Shown here one piece after another: positions 1 through 12,260 of a stretch of 64,000 nt of DNA. Under the pieces are notes generated by a model. That model saw only the letters and a list, made by a program, of their open reading frames with translations, made no database searches and was not told the origin of the DNA. The stretch is from Zygnema circumcarinatum SAG 698-1b (taxonomy: Eukaryota; Plantae; Zygnematophyceae): contig CM074804.1 in the NCBI GenBank assembly GCA_037447605.1, forward strand, positions 7,231,909 to 7,295,908, given 5' to 3'. Within the stretch, counting starts at the first letter, position 1, and each line of letters opens with the position of its first letter. Both the position numbers and the translations under genes were made by a program.

Positions 1-2108
1 TACATTAGTGCTGCAAGACGCTGATACTCCTATCACTGGAAAAGCAGCGAACGTCATAGCGGCTGCTAATACTGCGGCTGAAGTGGCTATTCGGCTGGTC
101 AGACCGGGCAAGAAGGTGCAGATTTCTGCTTTTCCAACCATCTACTCCCATCTTATGGGGCGCCTTTCAAACTCTTTTTTGGTCATATCTGGATACTGCG
201 GTACTCGTTAGGTCTTCCTTCTTTGTCCCGCTCCTTATAGGAACAGCCTGTTTCTCTGCATTTCTATTCAAGTCTGAACACTTCGTCGAACTTTACAAGA
301 ATCTAGGCACGTGAAAGCGCGCTGAGGACTGAGGCTCATCACATATTCATTTTTTTTCTTTTTTAGTCAAATATTCTGTAGTAATTCTTGCTATCTCCTA
401 CAAGGCTTTCGGAATGATGGAGGTGTTTCGATTCTCTCTTGCGTTGGTAGGCACGTTATTGATTGTTAACTGTTTTTAACTTTTGGTGCAGAATAAGGAG
501 GTGACAGAAGCACTACAAAAGGTGGCGGCAGCTTACGATTGCAAAGTAGTGGAAGCTGTTCTTAGCCACCAGATGAAGCAGTTTGTTATCGATGGAAACA
601 AGGTGGTTCTAAACGTTTCCAATGCAGACACACGGGTGGACGACTTTGAGTTTGAAGAGAATGAAGTTTATGCCATTGACGTGGTTATGAGCACAGGGGA
701 AGGCAAGGTGGGATATACAGGCCTTCTTCTTCCTGACTTTTTCCCTGTTGCAGTTTGCATTCTACTAATATATCAGGTAGGGATGGAGATTAGCGCACTT
801 AGAGCTTGGGCCTAGCTATGACATCACTTGATACCTTTGCATACTTAGGTTTGATTCTGTGCTGAGTAAATGCTTCTAGCGGTATCCTAGCTTACAGAAA
901 GTAGTCTTGTTCTTTGTACGTTTCCTTCCATGAATTGTGGGAACCTCCTACCTAGCAGTTGTGTTTAATGTTGCTTCATTGCTGTCGAGGCTCGAATTCA
1001 ATTGAGCTAACCGACCGACATGACGTTTCTTAATAACAGCCAAAATTGCTAGACGAAAGGGAGACGACTATTTACAAGCGAGCGATTGACAGGAGTTACT
1101 CGTTGAAGATGAAGGCATCACGAGCCATCTTCAGTGAGATCAACACAAAATTTGCTGTTATGCCATTCACAGCAAGGTGAGATATTTTTTCTTGCACTGT
1201 CCCACTGGAGTTGAAGTTATCGGTTGCCGATAGGTTTCTATCCATCACTCAATAGGAACACTAACTCGAACAACTGTACAATAATAAGCTTCTTGAACAT
1301 GTTAGTGCTTACGGTCTCTTTCTTCTGATTCTCAGGTACTTGGAGGAAAAGCGAGGTGCCCGATTGGGATTAGTTGAGTGTGTGAACCATGAGCTGCTTC
1401 AACCTTACCCTGTATTGCATGAAAGGCAAGGTAGGGCTTCCGAGGAAACCCGTGGTTCAACGCATGGTTCACTTGAATATTATAAAATAGGAACTTAATA
1501 GACATAATGATCTATTTGTATGGTGCTTTTGTAATAGCACGATTTCAGCCATGCATGACGTAGCAATGATTCTTACATGGAAGTCGTGACATCATTCTCC
1601 TTCTGGAACAGGTGACCTGGTTGCACAGTTCAAATTTACCGTTCTCCTCATGCCAAACGGTTCAGACAGAGTCACGGGCGCTCCCGTCCAAGCCTTGCAA
1701 CCCTCGAAAACCATTGAGGATCCTGACATTAAAACATATTTGGCACTCGGACTCAAGTCCAAGAAAAAGGGAGGAGGCAAAAGGAAGAACAAAGGTACTT
1801 GTCGCCAGCTTCTCACCCGGATCAACTTGCAAGTGCCTGTTGTGCTTTCTGAGCATATGATGCAGCTGAAGGAAACAACCGAAGGAACTCAATCTGTATA
1901 GAGTGACGTCAGAAGTGTACGGGAGTTAACGTGTTGACTTCTTTGGTGGATCTCACAGTAAATGCTGGTTGATGTGGTCTCCTCTTCAGGTTTACGAGGG
2001 TTTGGTCAGTTCTTCAGTTATATTGGAAACTGATCGGTGGCTTGTTGAGTGTGTGCAGGCAAGGATGGAGAGGGAGTAGAGACTGGAGATGCAGCAGATG
2101 CCAGCTAG
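1..2108 (+). CDS. EBP1: ErbB3-binding protein 1 / proliferation-associated 2G4 (M24 fold), 3' part; 5' end lies outside the window
   Basis: Phase-consistent GT-AG exons <1-115, 492-707, 1040-1176, 1336-1430 and 1612-1794, with a probable last exon 2059-2108. They give [125 protein letters not shown], which matches plant EBP1. The last exon is tentative. Confidence 0.93.
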
Positions 2109-3853
2109 CACGGCCCTAGTGAGGGGCTCAGACCCATGCTGAGGTGATCCCTTTTTTGCAGCGCACAAACAATAGAGAGAGGTAGCTTTATGTTGCACAG
2201 AATGCTTTTGTTCCCCAGTGCGAGAAAGAGGGGTATATTTGGCGGTAGAATCCTTTTCCTTCCAGGGGTGGGCGAGGCGGAGCTTTCTCTTCATGGCGGC
2301 AGGGAAAGCCGGCCGCCAATGTCGGATGCTGAATGTGGTGCTGACCTGGTTACTTGGAATGTTCCATTCAAATGAATGTTCCTTTGGCGTCATTGCTTCG
2401 ACTTCTTTTGCACCTGTACTTGTGCTCCCTTGCTGCTTGTTTGCGTTTCAGGGTGTGCATGCCCCGCATTCAGCAAAGGGATCAGCCATTATTTTGCCTT
2501 CTTCGGACAATTTTCAGTTAACGAAGAGCATGTGAGATATGTGCGGTTGCACTGTTCTCGTAGATGGAGATACAAAACTGGCAGACAGAATGTTGCGCGG
2601 TCTGATGTCCAACGCTTATCACTTGCAGCATCATGTTGGAAAAAGAGAAGGGGCGAAACGTCTTCAAGGGATTGAATCGAAGAGACGTTGCTTCAGCCGT
2701 TGTTTTCTGTCTGCCAAGGGAGCAGTGTGTCCCTGCCACGCTTTTGCTCAACCTAAGCAAAGTTCGACAAGCAAGGAGGTCTGCGATATGCAAGAGAAAG
2801 AGACCAAGAGAAAGCATGCGCATGTGCGTGTGCTTTTGCACTGCAGTAGTTAAGCTCTGGAAACAACCAAGTTCAACTCCTCTCTAGCAGCATTCGGTCC
2901 TCGGTCAGTCGCGTGGTCGGCCCACACAATCCACATTTCCTCTCGACAACCTCGTGACCGTCCGCAGACGCACAGACTCGAACAACAGTTTGAAGTGTTC
3001 TGCTAAAACAAGACATGGCATGACCAGGTTTCCTGAGCAAGAAAACAGCCTTTCCAGGAATAATCCTGAGGAGGAAAGTAGATCGAACTGACTACCGGGA
3101 ATGGCTACAAAGAGATAACTTCTAACGTCTATTGGCATGGTCACAATCTGCCCTTTGCCTGAACTGCGGGTCAGTCCTCCATTGGAAACAACTATGCTAG
3201 CGTTGAAGGCATTTCCCGACGCCCTTTCATCGCGTAGCTTTATGTCTACTGTAAAGGGGTCCCCAGCACCGACAAGAAGTCGTCACTAGACGCGAGACCA
3301 TCAGACAAAACTTGGGGCAAACGACTGAACTCGAATGTCTACTAAGGAATAGTACTTCGAGCAATGCACAGCCCGCTCTCTCGTCACAACTCAGTGCGCG
3401 TCTCAACGAGCCCTCCCAAAGAAGTCGATGCTGCAATTGTATGCAGAGACAGACTTTGAAACGGAAGACCATTTTTATACTCTGCAAATTTTTCCAAAAA
3501 CCTAGTGAATCGAGCTCAGGACTATCTTTGCTGTAAGTGCTTCCTGCGAAAAAGAACGTTACCGGCAGGAAGGAATTGGGAAGCAAAGCTTGCAGGAACA
3601 AGTCCCGCTTCAGCAGATCTGGAAGCTCGCCTTTCCAGACTTTATTCCTCGGGTCATCTTTCGAAAAGTTGGCCAGTCGGAGACCAATTATGGATGTCAG
3701 ATCCACCTTGATCGAATCCCATACGGAAGCAATCCTTCCAAAAACTTCATGAGGAGGTCATGACCACTGCATCTGCAATAGAGAAAAAACGAATCCTATC
3801 AAATCGGCCCCACAACTCCCAGCTTTTGTGCCCTTCTGTCAAAGTCAGCCATC

Positions 3854-4960
3854 TCATTGAACCGCAGGTATAGACTCTCCAACATTCTCCTTCACCGCTG
3901 CCACGTCTCCCGTCTCCTGCGCAGGTGGCTGTGCTGCCTTCTGTGAGCCGGTCGCCTTTGCCAACATCACGAATGTCGAACCTCCAATTAGATTATTGGC
4001 AGCTCTGATGAGGAAGGAAAATACCCGAAATAAATTGGGACTAAAAATTGGGATCACAACTTGATCGAGGCCATTGAGACACTGGTATCGCAGGTTGCTG
4101 CTCAACCCCATATGCAACGCCCAGGTTGTCGCATTCAAGAAGGGGGGAGGGGGACTGTTCTGGAGGATAAAACTGGGCTGCAACAATCTGCGCACCCCGA
4201 GCAGCAAAGTTGAAATCGCTGTTCCTGTGAGGCCGGCCAAGAACCCCACGCCGGCAAACTGCGCGCCCTTGTAGGCGAAAGTTCCCACTCTCGAGAGCAG
4301 AGAATAGGCTCCGCCTTCAAACATATGTCCGGGAGGGCAGCTGGAGAAGATGGAAGGAAGGCTGCGAGCAAGCGCTCCCGGGGCGCTTGTCGGGGCGAGG
4401 AGGTACATGAGGGCAAAGTTGACGATAGAACCGACAACCAGCGTGCAGAACACGAAGTCTAACTCATTCAGACCAAAATTAGGCCTCGTCGCCATATCTC
4501 CAAGGACGCAGGCAGTCACTCCAATGATCTGCTCGGTCAGAACTTTGAAAACAAACTGCGGATCTGCATCAACCCTTTCCGACCAGCCTTTAGCCAACAT
4601 TGCCAATATATTTCCACCTTCACTGCCATTGCTGTCGGCAGAATTTCCACCGTCGCTATTCCAGTCACCACTGCCGCCGCTTCCAGACCCTCCTGCTCCC
4701 GCACCTCCCCCTCCCCCTCCCCCCAGAGATATCGCCGCGTCAATATTTTCAGATCCCCCTGCTAAACTCTGCGAGGAAGCAGCCGCCTTTGCGCATATAC
4801 TCTGGCTTCCTCGGATCGATCTGAGAGACGATCCGCGCGCAGAGTGCGAGCTCGCCCGGCGGGGGAGGGAGGCGGGCCCCCTACGCTCAGGGCCTGCCCT
4901 CAGGGCTCCCACGCGGCGGCTGCAGACCGCCGGTAGGGCACACGTCATGGCGGCGGCCAT
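3854..4960 (-). CDS. RER3: RETICULATA-RELATED (DUF3411) plastid envelope protein, RER2/RER3-like, intronless
   Basis: ORF from ATG 4960 (MAAAMTCALP; Arg/Ser/Ala-rich transit peptide), followed by a Gly-rich linker. The core WSERVDADPQFVFKVLTEQIIGVTACVLGDMATRPNFGLNELDFVFCTLVVGSIVNFALMYLLAPT and NATTWALHMGLSSNLRYQ is typical of RER2/3. Confidence 0.92.
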   Translation of the reverse strand: MAAAMTCALPAVCSRRVGALRAGPERRGPASLPRRASSHSARGSSLRSIRGSQSICAKAAASSQSLAGGSENIDAAISLGGGGGGGAGAGGSGSGGSGDWNSDGGNSADSNGSEGGNILAMLAKGWSERVDADPQFVFKVLTEQIIGVTACVLGDMATRPNFGLNELDFVFCTLVVGSIVNFALMYLLAPTSAPGALARSLPSIFSSCPPGHMFEGGAYSLLSRVGTFAYKGAQFAGVGFLAGLTGTAISTLLLGVRRLLQPSFILQNSPPPPFLNATTWALHMGLSSNLRYQCLNGLDQVVIPIFSPNLFRVFSFLIRAANNLIGGSTFVMLAKATGSQKAAQPPAQETGDVAAVKENVGESIPAVQ

Positions 4961-6132
4961 AGTTCTGCGACAGTGGAGGTGGCGCAGAGGGAGAGAGAGA
5001 GAAAGAGAGTGAGAGAGAGGGAGAGAGAGAGGGAGAGAGAGAAAAAGAGAGGATGAGACAGGAGAGAGGGGGACGCAGGGCTCATGCAAAGCGAGGGTTC
5101 AGAGCGTCCGTACGATGCCACGTGGAAAGCAGACAGAACCAGCGCGATATTCTTGTAGGGAATGAGAGTTCGCCACGTGGCAAACAAAATTGGCGTTCAA
5201 AATAAAAGCGGCCAATGGGAGCGGAGCAAGGGATCCGCCGAGGCCGCGTCCGTACAGGGCACGGGGGAAGCGTACGGCGCCAATGGTTGGCTGACAGCAG
5301 ACCTCGACAAATAAGGGAATTCCCTTAATAATGTATGTAAACGTTTTTTAAGGCAAGATATTTGAGATTTTTCTATGGGATTTTAAGGGATATGTGAGCA
5401 AGGATCTCTTAGCCCCCACTGCCCTTGCCCCCCCTGCCTGCCCTTGCCCTTTTTGCCCCTGCCCCCACATTTTCTCTAATTAATTCAATCGCTTTCATGC
5501 ATATGTCCATTTAACTCTAAAGCAAAGGATGAAAGAATCACAAGGTAAAAATGCAGAAAAGAAAAAATATATGAAACCTTTTAGATATTCTAGGACATGC
5601 TCATCCAAGGACTGCAAGAAAGCACCAGCTTCAATCAGTCACCTGCAATGAAGTGAAGCACCAACGTACAAGCTATACTTATATGACCTTTTTGTTCAAC
5701 TAAGAGCACACCCCAATCGCTTAATATCAATCTAAACTGACACTACCACCAAACTTCGGATCTCCGACAACCCTTGATTCGTCCCTTAACAAAACTATAT
5801 ACGGGACAGACAATAATCTTTTTATGGGATTTAAAGGATTTCGTACAGAGATTCCCTTAATTGTAGACGCCTGGCTAACAGTTCAGCAAGTGTACGGTAA
5901 ATGGGGAAATGGTTTACGGCACGCGTACGGATGGTTCGAAGACGGACGGACGGACGGATGGTTGTACTTTTTAACTGACGTAGAATTTTGCAGGCGAACG
6001 GACGTTCAAAGAGTGAGGATTTTAGGGTTTGAGAGGGAGAAGGTATGCGAGGTGAAAGGAGAACTGAAGGCCAGTCTGCGCTCTGTTTGCGGTGCAGGAA
6101 ACAGGTAAAAGGCAGCATTTCGTTCCTTGAGG

Positions 6133-8001
6133 ATGGCAGCTGCAGCTCCCTCTAAGGATGCACAGAATCTGGAAAGAAAAACGGTCCCGGATACGGGGCA
6201 GGGTTTGTCGTATGGAAACCCTAAGTGGAAGCAGAGGGGGGCGGCAAAGGAGGTGCGGAAGGAGGGGATTGGATCACTGGAAGCTCGGCTGCAGGCCTGC
6301 GGAGCCATCGATGGCACCTTCTGCGGCACAGCTGTGCTCGCAGAAGCGTGGTCTGACCAGGCAGACCTACTCGAGCGAGCTGGCTATGGCCGCCTCATAC
6401 CCGGGCATGTTCCCGCCTCACTGCTTCCGTTGTGTTCTGACCCTGGAGGAACTGCTCCTTCACGAGGTAGAGTGATCGTTTTAGTTCAAAATCTCGGAGC
6501 TTTGATTGTGAATGTTGAAGTAGCAGACTTCTAGGCTCACTCCTTTCATATAATATTTTGTTGAATACCTCTGAGAGGTATCTTGGAGGAGCATGATTGG
6601 CCTGCATTTATGCAGATGGCATTTTGGAAGAACCAGTCTATTCTTGGAGCATCTCGGCCCCCTTTTAACCATTTACATACGATTGAACGTTTGTGATCGT
6701 GCTTGACACTCTTTTCAGTTCTTCAAACAGTATTTATGTTGCACTTTGATCAACTTACTACGCCAAAACCTCAGGTTCTGGTCTGATGTTTACCCCACCT
6801 TTGCCGATATACATGAATGCAGATTGAGAAGAATGCCTGTAGCTGATTGGCGATTGGCAAATTTTTCCCATTCCATCGCCAATTGGTGATCAATGTGACA
6901 TACAGCTCACTGAGCGCGCCTTCCCTTGTCGGCGAAGGTGGTTGCAGCGCGAGACAAGAGACTGGAGGTGTACAGGAAACTGTTGTGTACCAGTTCTCAT
7001 TAGAAGAAGCTTTCTTCCTCTGCCATGGACTTGGCTGCCTACGGGTGCATGCCCCCGACCAGGTAATCATAACAAATGTTCTCATTGCACAAATGGGCTC
7101 GACAGCCGTAGCGAGATATGATTTTTGACGCCTAATTTCAGGAATTTGCAGAATGGCGCTCTGGAGCATGAATCGCTATGGCGCCTTTGCCAAAGGAGTC
7201 AAGAAGGCTTTGTCGAGGCCTACGTGGCCTATGCACATCTGCGCAGCAAGCGATGGGTGGTACGGCCGGGGCTGCAGTATGGTGCAGATCTCGCAGCCTA
7301 TCGCCATCACCCATCATTTGTCCATTCAGAGTACGCCTCCTGCCGCCGATTCCAGTTTTGCCTTCACCTTCTCGCTGGATATTGTTGCAGATAAGAATGG
7401 ATGAGCGCACATTTCATAGCGCAGATAGTCCCCCTGCTCGATCGAAAACATTAGAGGTGATTTCTGTACTGTATGTTGGACGGATTGTCTCCGAGAATGG
7501 TCGGGGATTTGCGAGAGAGGATGTTGGGGGTTGATGCGTTGCCAATTAGAGCGGACTGGGCTGCATCTGGTAGCAGCTGATAGAGAAGAACTGAGACCTG
7601 TTTGAGCGGGTGTGGTGAAACAGCTTTGCAGCTCTCGTTGTAAGGGCAGACGATGCCTCTCCTCGATTGGCATCGTGGACTGACGTGCATGCCATGACCC
7701 GACTTTGTGGGACGGTCTGCAAGGTGGGCTAGTAGGTTGACTCGCCGTAAAAATCAGATGCAGGCACGACTGCTGAAAGCTGTCGCAGTAGTGATCATCT
7801 GAAGGTCATGCTCATGACTGCGGGAGCACTTTCATGATCACTTTCTGTTTGGGGTGGGAGCAGACCTTGCTGCTTCTTCATGTCCTCCAAGACGGCGGCA
7901 GCACGCCCACCGAGTCCTTGCAGTGCTTGGGGGAATTTTCGGTGGAAAGTTCTGCTGTCAGGCGCTGGTTGCCGGAAAAGAACCGTGGCAGTCTCAAGTG
8001 A
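6133..8001 (+). CDS. SEN2: tRNA-splicing endonuclease catalytic subunit SEN2
   Basis: Exons 6133-6466, ~6900-7062, 7152-7330, 7624-7723 and 7864-8001. They encode PKWKQRG, FSLEEAFFLCHGLGCL, YVAYAHLRSKRWVVRPGLQYGADLAAYRHHPSFVHS (catalytic Tyr/His), WTDVHAMTRLCGTVCK|TLLLLHV (catalytic Lys) and RRWLPE. The 5' boundary of exon 2 is unresolved. Confidence 0.9.
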
Positions 8002-9183
8002 CAGACAGGCAGGCTGTATGGGCCAGCGCGGCTGTGTCGCAAGTGTGGGAAAGTGTGTTTTTTCACGTTGGCACTCGCTTGTATGTCGATAGGAATGTGT
8101 CAAGCTTTGTGTGCGCTTGTTTTGAGACTGCATTTTGTCCTCGTACTTGCACAACCATTTATGGACTTTTCTTTTCCTCCCCCCCCCTTTTTTTTTAATA
8201 ATGGAAATTGGCCCTGTATTCTCCTTGTCATCGTCAGCATGTCCACAATTTGTTGCATTCAGAATTGTAATCAGAACGTGCAGAACCCAGTAGTCTTGCT
8301 GTATTGGGACCATAGTATGTTGAACTAAGGAAATTGCTCGTGAATCATCCATTTTGTATATCTACATACACTAGTTGAGTGTTCGTAACTGTGCAGCAAA
8401 GGCAAGCCTTGTCATTATTGACACTACTTTATTGTCGCCTGTTTCATGGAAAAACAACTCTTCTAGCTTCGTCGCATTAGAATGCAAGTATGTAAATCGC
8501 AACATCAACAGCTCGTGAACGCTGCTGCTTGTTCAGTGGCATGACCATTGTGGACACATCATAACTCAGAAATCTTAAAGCCTATCTCTCCCGGTTGTAC
8601 AACTGTACAGGAGTATGTCAAGTCGTCATTCAGCGAGTGGCGCAGCTGGGTCAGCTTCACTCAGTCTTCGCTTGATTGACCAAGGACGCCCTACATCCAT
8701 ACAAATCAATTCCGACCAACCAGCATTCTCGTGAGACAAGTAACAGATAGCAAGTCGCCTACTCATTGGCACATAATTATAACTTTTGCCTTTCTTTTCC
8801 GTACAAAAATGCCATTCTCATTGCCCCTATTTGATGTTTTACAAGTACACCTATCTTATTTTATCATATCCACGTTCTTCCTTGACACACAGTCACAGCC
8901 TGCATCACCATACGTGAGATGATTCCGCAGATTCACAGCGGCCCGCACAAAAATAGCCAACTTCTACTACCTATTTGGTGCACAAGTTCAGCAGACATTC
9001 CAAGAGTAGATGTGAACTTCCGTCATCCAACTGCAACCTCCTGTCACACCTTGCCAACCTTGGGACAAGACACTACATCCCGGAAACATATTTACAACCA
9101 ACATTTGCATTCACAAGTTTCACCACCGCCCGATGTCCCGGGATTGTGTCCCAATACGTTTCAGGCACAGGTCGTTTTCCTCT

Positions 9184-9933
9184 TCATGACTGGACATACC
9201 CTTCCCTTCCATGCACTGCTGGTGCTAACCCCTTTTCCTCCGCGTCATTGTCCCGAAATCGGTGAAGAAAGGGCTGATCAGCTTCTGCTCGGGCTTGTTG
9301 CTCTGTGATGGTTGAGCCATCCACGCCATGCCACTTAGTCACACACAGGTCGGCAATCATCAGTACTGCTGTGACTAATGTTGCGGCCATTGTCACGATA
9401 GTCCCCGGCAAGGCGCGCTCTGAGGTCATAATGTCGAGCAGGGAGGAAACAGACCAAAGGACCACGAGTATGATCGTAGCAATCCAAAAGCCGGTGCGGA
9501 ATAGGATAAACTTCGGGCCGCCACGACTTCTAGCTACGCTAGCTCCAACTGCCAGGAGCAAATATCCAATCAATTCGACTTGCTCGATGATCGCCAAGAT
9601 GACCAGATTGGTTCCCATATCTTTACTGGAAATCAGTTCTATGATCCCTGAAATTGTGAGAAAGACCGCTACAGTCGTCCCCGTCAACCACCAGGAACCT
9701 TCCAACCACATGTGAACGGCGGAGCCATGTCGTGAAAGACAGGCAGCAAAGATAGCGAGCAGCAAAAAAGTGAAGACCATTATCTGCCGAACAACAATAA
9801 GCAGCGTGACATCTGCTCCACCGACTCCTCTTCCCATAAGGGTGTTCACGAGCCCCATTCCTGTTTCATTAACAACGATCCAACCACAAGAAATGCAGGC
9901 AGAAATCAAAACACGCATCCAGTCTCTGAGCAA
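9184..9933 (-). CDS. Uncharacterised polytopic membrane protein (5-6 predicted TM helices)
   Basis: 249-codon open frame with regularly spaced hydrophobic segments and a charged C-terminal tail. An acceptor-like ttgctcag lies near 9926, so the true start may be the MRVLIS ATG. No family recognised. Confidence 0.55.
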   Translation of the reverse strand: MLRDWMRVLISACISCGWIVVNETGMGLVNTLMGRGVGGADVTLLIVVRQIMVFTFLLLAIFAACLSRHGSAVHMWLEGSWWLTGTTVAVFLTISGIIELISSKDMGTNLVILAIIEQVELIGYLLLAVGASVARSRGGPKFILFRTGFWIATIILVVLWSVSSLLDIMTSERALPGTIVTMAATLVTAVLMIADLCVTKWHGVDGSTITEQQARAEADQPFLHRFRDNDAEEKGLAPAVHGREGYVQS

Positions 9934-10981
9934 GCAGGACGATTTATTTCAAATCCTTAACATATCTTCTTAGAAACTTGCAGACCAGGACTCCAAGATA
10001 CCTCTACCGTTTCCAAGCATTTCCTGAATATAAAAAAAGCTCCTGTTGGTTGGCAGCATGGAGCTAAGGCACCGTACCGGAATCCGCCCCCTCCATGATG
10101 CAAGACTTTCTGCTCCTTCGCAAACTTCTCGTTCCAAGACCTCCCTTCCTCCTGCTCCTTCCAAGACCTTCCAAGCCCTCTCCTCCTCTTCCAGTTCCAG
10201 CAGGCGGCGCACTGGGCCCATTCAGCAGGCGGCGGCGCCTTTTGAGGCCGCCGCGAGGCCCTCCCTGCAGGGCGCCCCGAGACCCTGCCACGTGGCGCCA
10301 GGACGGGGCTCCACCGCGACCAAGCTCGGAGGCGTCCACCACGTGGCGGGCGCAGGTGCCAGGAGGCCACGTGGCAGCAACCGCTCGTCCCACGTGTCCG
10401 CACCTCTCCGGCCGCGTCCGTACAGCAGCGGGTCCTTTTCAGCACGATCCATTTTGGACGGCAGCGGGAAAATATCCGTACTTAACGTACAAACGCAGCC
10501 CACGTGTGCCATGTGGCGGGCGACCGCCACGCTGTATGGAGATGGGTCGCCAAGCGCCGTCCGATCTGCCACGGCCCGAGAAAGCAAAGCTGCAGGGATT
10601 CAGAATGGCACACGTGGCGGGCATGCACTTGACGAAGGGAGTTTTTCTAAAAACAGTGCAAAAGCTACCTGGCAAGGCGCAGGGCCTCTCCCGTGTCACC
10701 ACGTGTTGAAAAGTCCGTACCGTACGGCGCAATCTCCCTCTGCCCCTCTCTATTCTTTTGATGAATTGTTAGCAATACAAGGAAATGCTATTTACACACC
10801 TCTTTGTCTAGATATACTCCTTTTTTGTCTAGATACACAGCTTTCATCGCCGGTCAGATTTTATTGCAGGGTTTTCAGGGTTTTAGGTCTATAGACAAAA
10901 GAGGTGCGTAAATACTAATTCTCAAAATATAAATGAGAAAAAGAAAATCAAAATTATGCATATGTATGTTATACAGACTAA

Positions 10982-11416
10982 GGGTCAGTTTCCATCAGCC
11001 CGTTTCGTAACGAGCTCATTACGGTCCACGTAGGACGCCGTTTTGCAGATAAAAAGACGAGTTCCATCAAAACGCCGTTTCCAATCAGCGATCGCCACGT
11101 GCACGATTTGCAGCGTCCGCCGTGGCCCACTGCGGTTACCGTACGCGCGTCGCTGCCGACAGTTTTTTAGGGTTTGCAGGAGGTTTCCAGCCAACGTGGC
11201 AGTCGCACGCTGGCGTATCTTTGGTAGCCACGTGGCGGCACGCGAATGGTCGTAATGGCGTTACACCCCCTTCTTCGGACCGTCCTGGGGAACGGTGCCT
11301 CGTTACCACGTGGCAGCCACGTCGACGCCACGTTGGTGGAAACGGCCTGATGGAACCCATGGGTCGTCGTCCATTACGACGCCACGTCGGAATAACGGGC
11401 TGATGGAAACTGACCC
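10982..11416. mobile_element. PIF/Harbinger (Tourist-like) MITE A, 435 bp
   Basis: Perfect 23-bp TIR GGGTCAGTTTCCATCAGCCCGTT (10982-11004 and 11394-11416). TAA on both sides (10979-10981, 11417-11419). No coding capacity. Confidence 0.9.
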
Positions 11417-11419
11417 TAA

Positions 11420-11745
11420 GGGTGGGGGTCCATCAGCGTTTGCCTGTACCGCCACATCGGATCATGAATGATGAAGGGAGAATTGCGGGTTCCATGAGAG
11501 GTCGCGCGAGCCGTACTGAGCCGTACCCCCGTGGCATCTCGAACGGATCTTCAACGCCACGCGGCGGCGCACGATTGGAAAACTCAGGCGTAATTCCCCA
11601 GAACTCACCTCAAGAGGTGAGTTCTGGGGAACTACGCCTGTACCTCCACGTCGGTCCTAGTCGGCGCCACGACGGCGCCACATCATCCTCCAAAACTACG
11701 CCTGTACCTCCACGTCGGCGAAAAAACGCTGATGGACCCCCACCC
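11420..11745. mobile_element. PIF/Harbinger (Tourist-like) MITE B, 326 bp
   Basis: Perfect 22-bp TIR GGGTGGGGGTCCATCAGCGTTT (11420-11441 and 11724-11745), flanked by TAA (11417-11419, 11746-11748). Internal 25-bp direct repeat (11630-11654, 11694-11718) and a 15-bp-stem hairpin (11596-11629). Confidence 0.9.
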
Positions 11746-12260
11746 TAAGATTGCGCCAATAAAAGCAAACCATAAACGAAGAAAGGCATACAAGTTATCA
11801 CTCTACCAAACTTACAGCCAGGATAGGGAGGGAGCAGCTTCGCCCTGAGGCCCTGCCCCATCCCCTCGCAATGGAAGCACAAGCTCCCTATCACAAGGAC
11901 GGGCAACCCAGAACTTCCTTTCCATAGCGAACTAGGGAAACCTTTCTATACGTTTCTAAGGCAGACCGAGACTTGAGAAGGCGCTTCGAAGTGCCCCCCA
12001 TCTTTTACCCCTATTACTACAAAAGATTTTTCCATAAACACCATCCTGATTTTGGGAGCTAGCTGATCCCATCGGCATATGTGTAAGGAACGGATTCCTG
12101 CCCGTCCCAACGAGCAGAGAGATCAGGGAGGGTTTTGCTCCTCCAACATATTTCTTCACCTAATCTTATACAGTGTTCTCCTTCCAGCAAAATTGAACAG
12201 CATGGTGAGCTCATGCAGAGCCTGCTGGACAGCTCTAGCGGAAGTTCTAACGATTAACAC

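Noticed and set aside
2190-3752. Many overlapping 60-160 aa ORFs between EBP1 and RER3
   Set aside because: No recognisable motifs and no consistent exon chain. They are best explained as convergent 3' UTRs.
9184-9933. Orphan membrane protein as a microbial rhodopsin or heliorhodopsin
   Set aside because: The last helix has DLCVTK (Lys at i+5), not DxxxK or SxxxK, and there are only 5-6 helices.
10046-11748. Long GC-rich ORFs (282, 204, 162 aa and others)
   Set aside because: They have low-complexity Arg/Pro/Ala composition, are open in several frames, and overlap promoter and MITE DNA.
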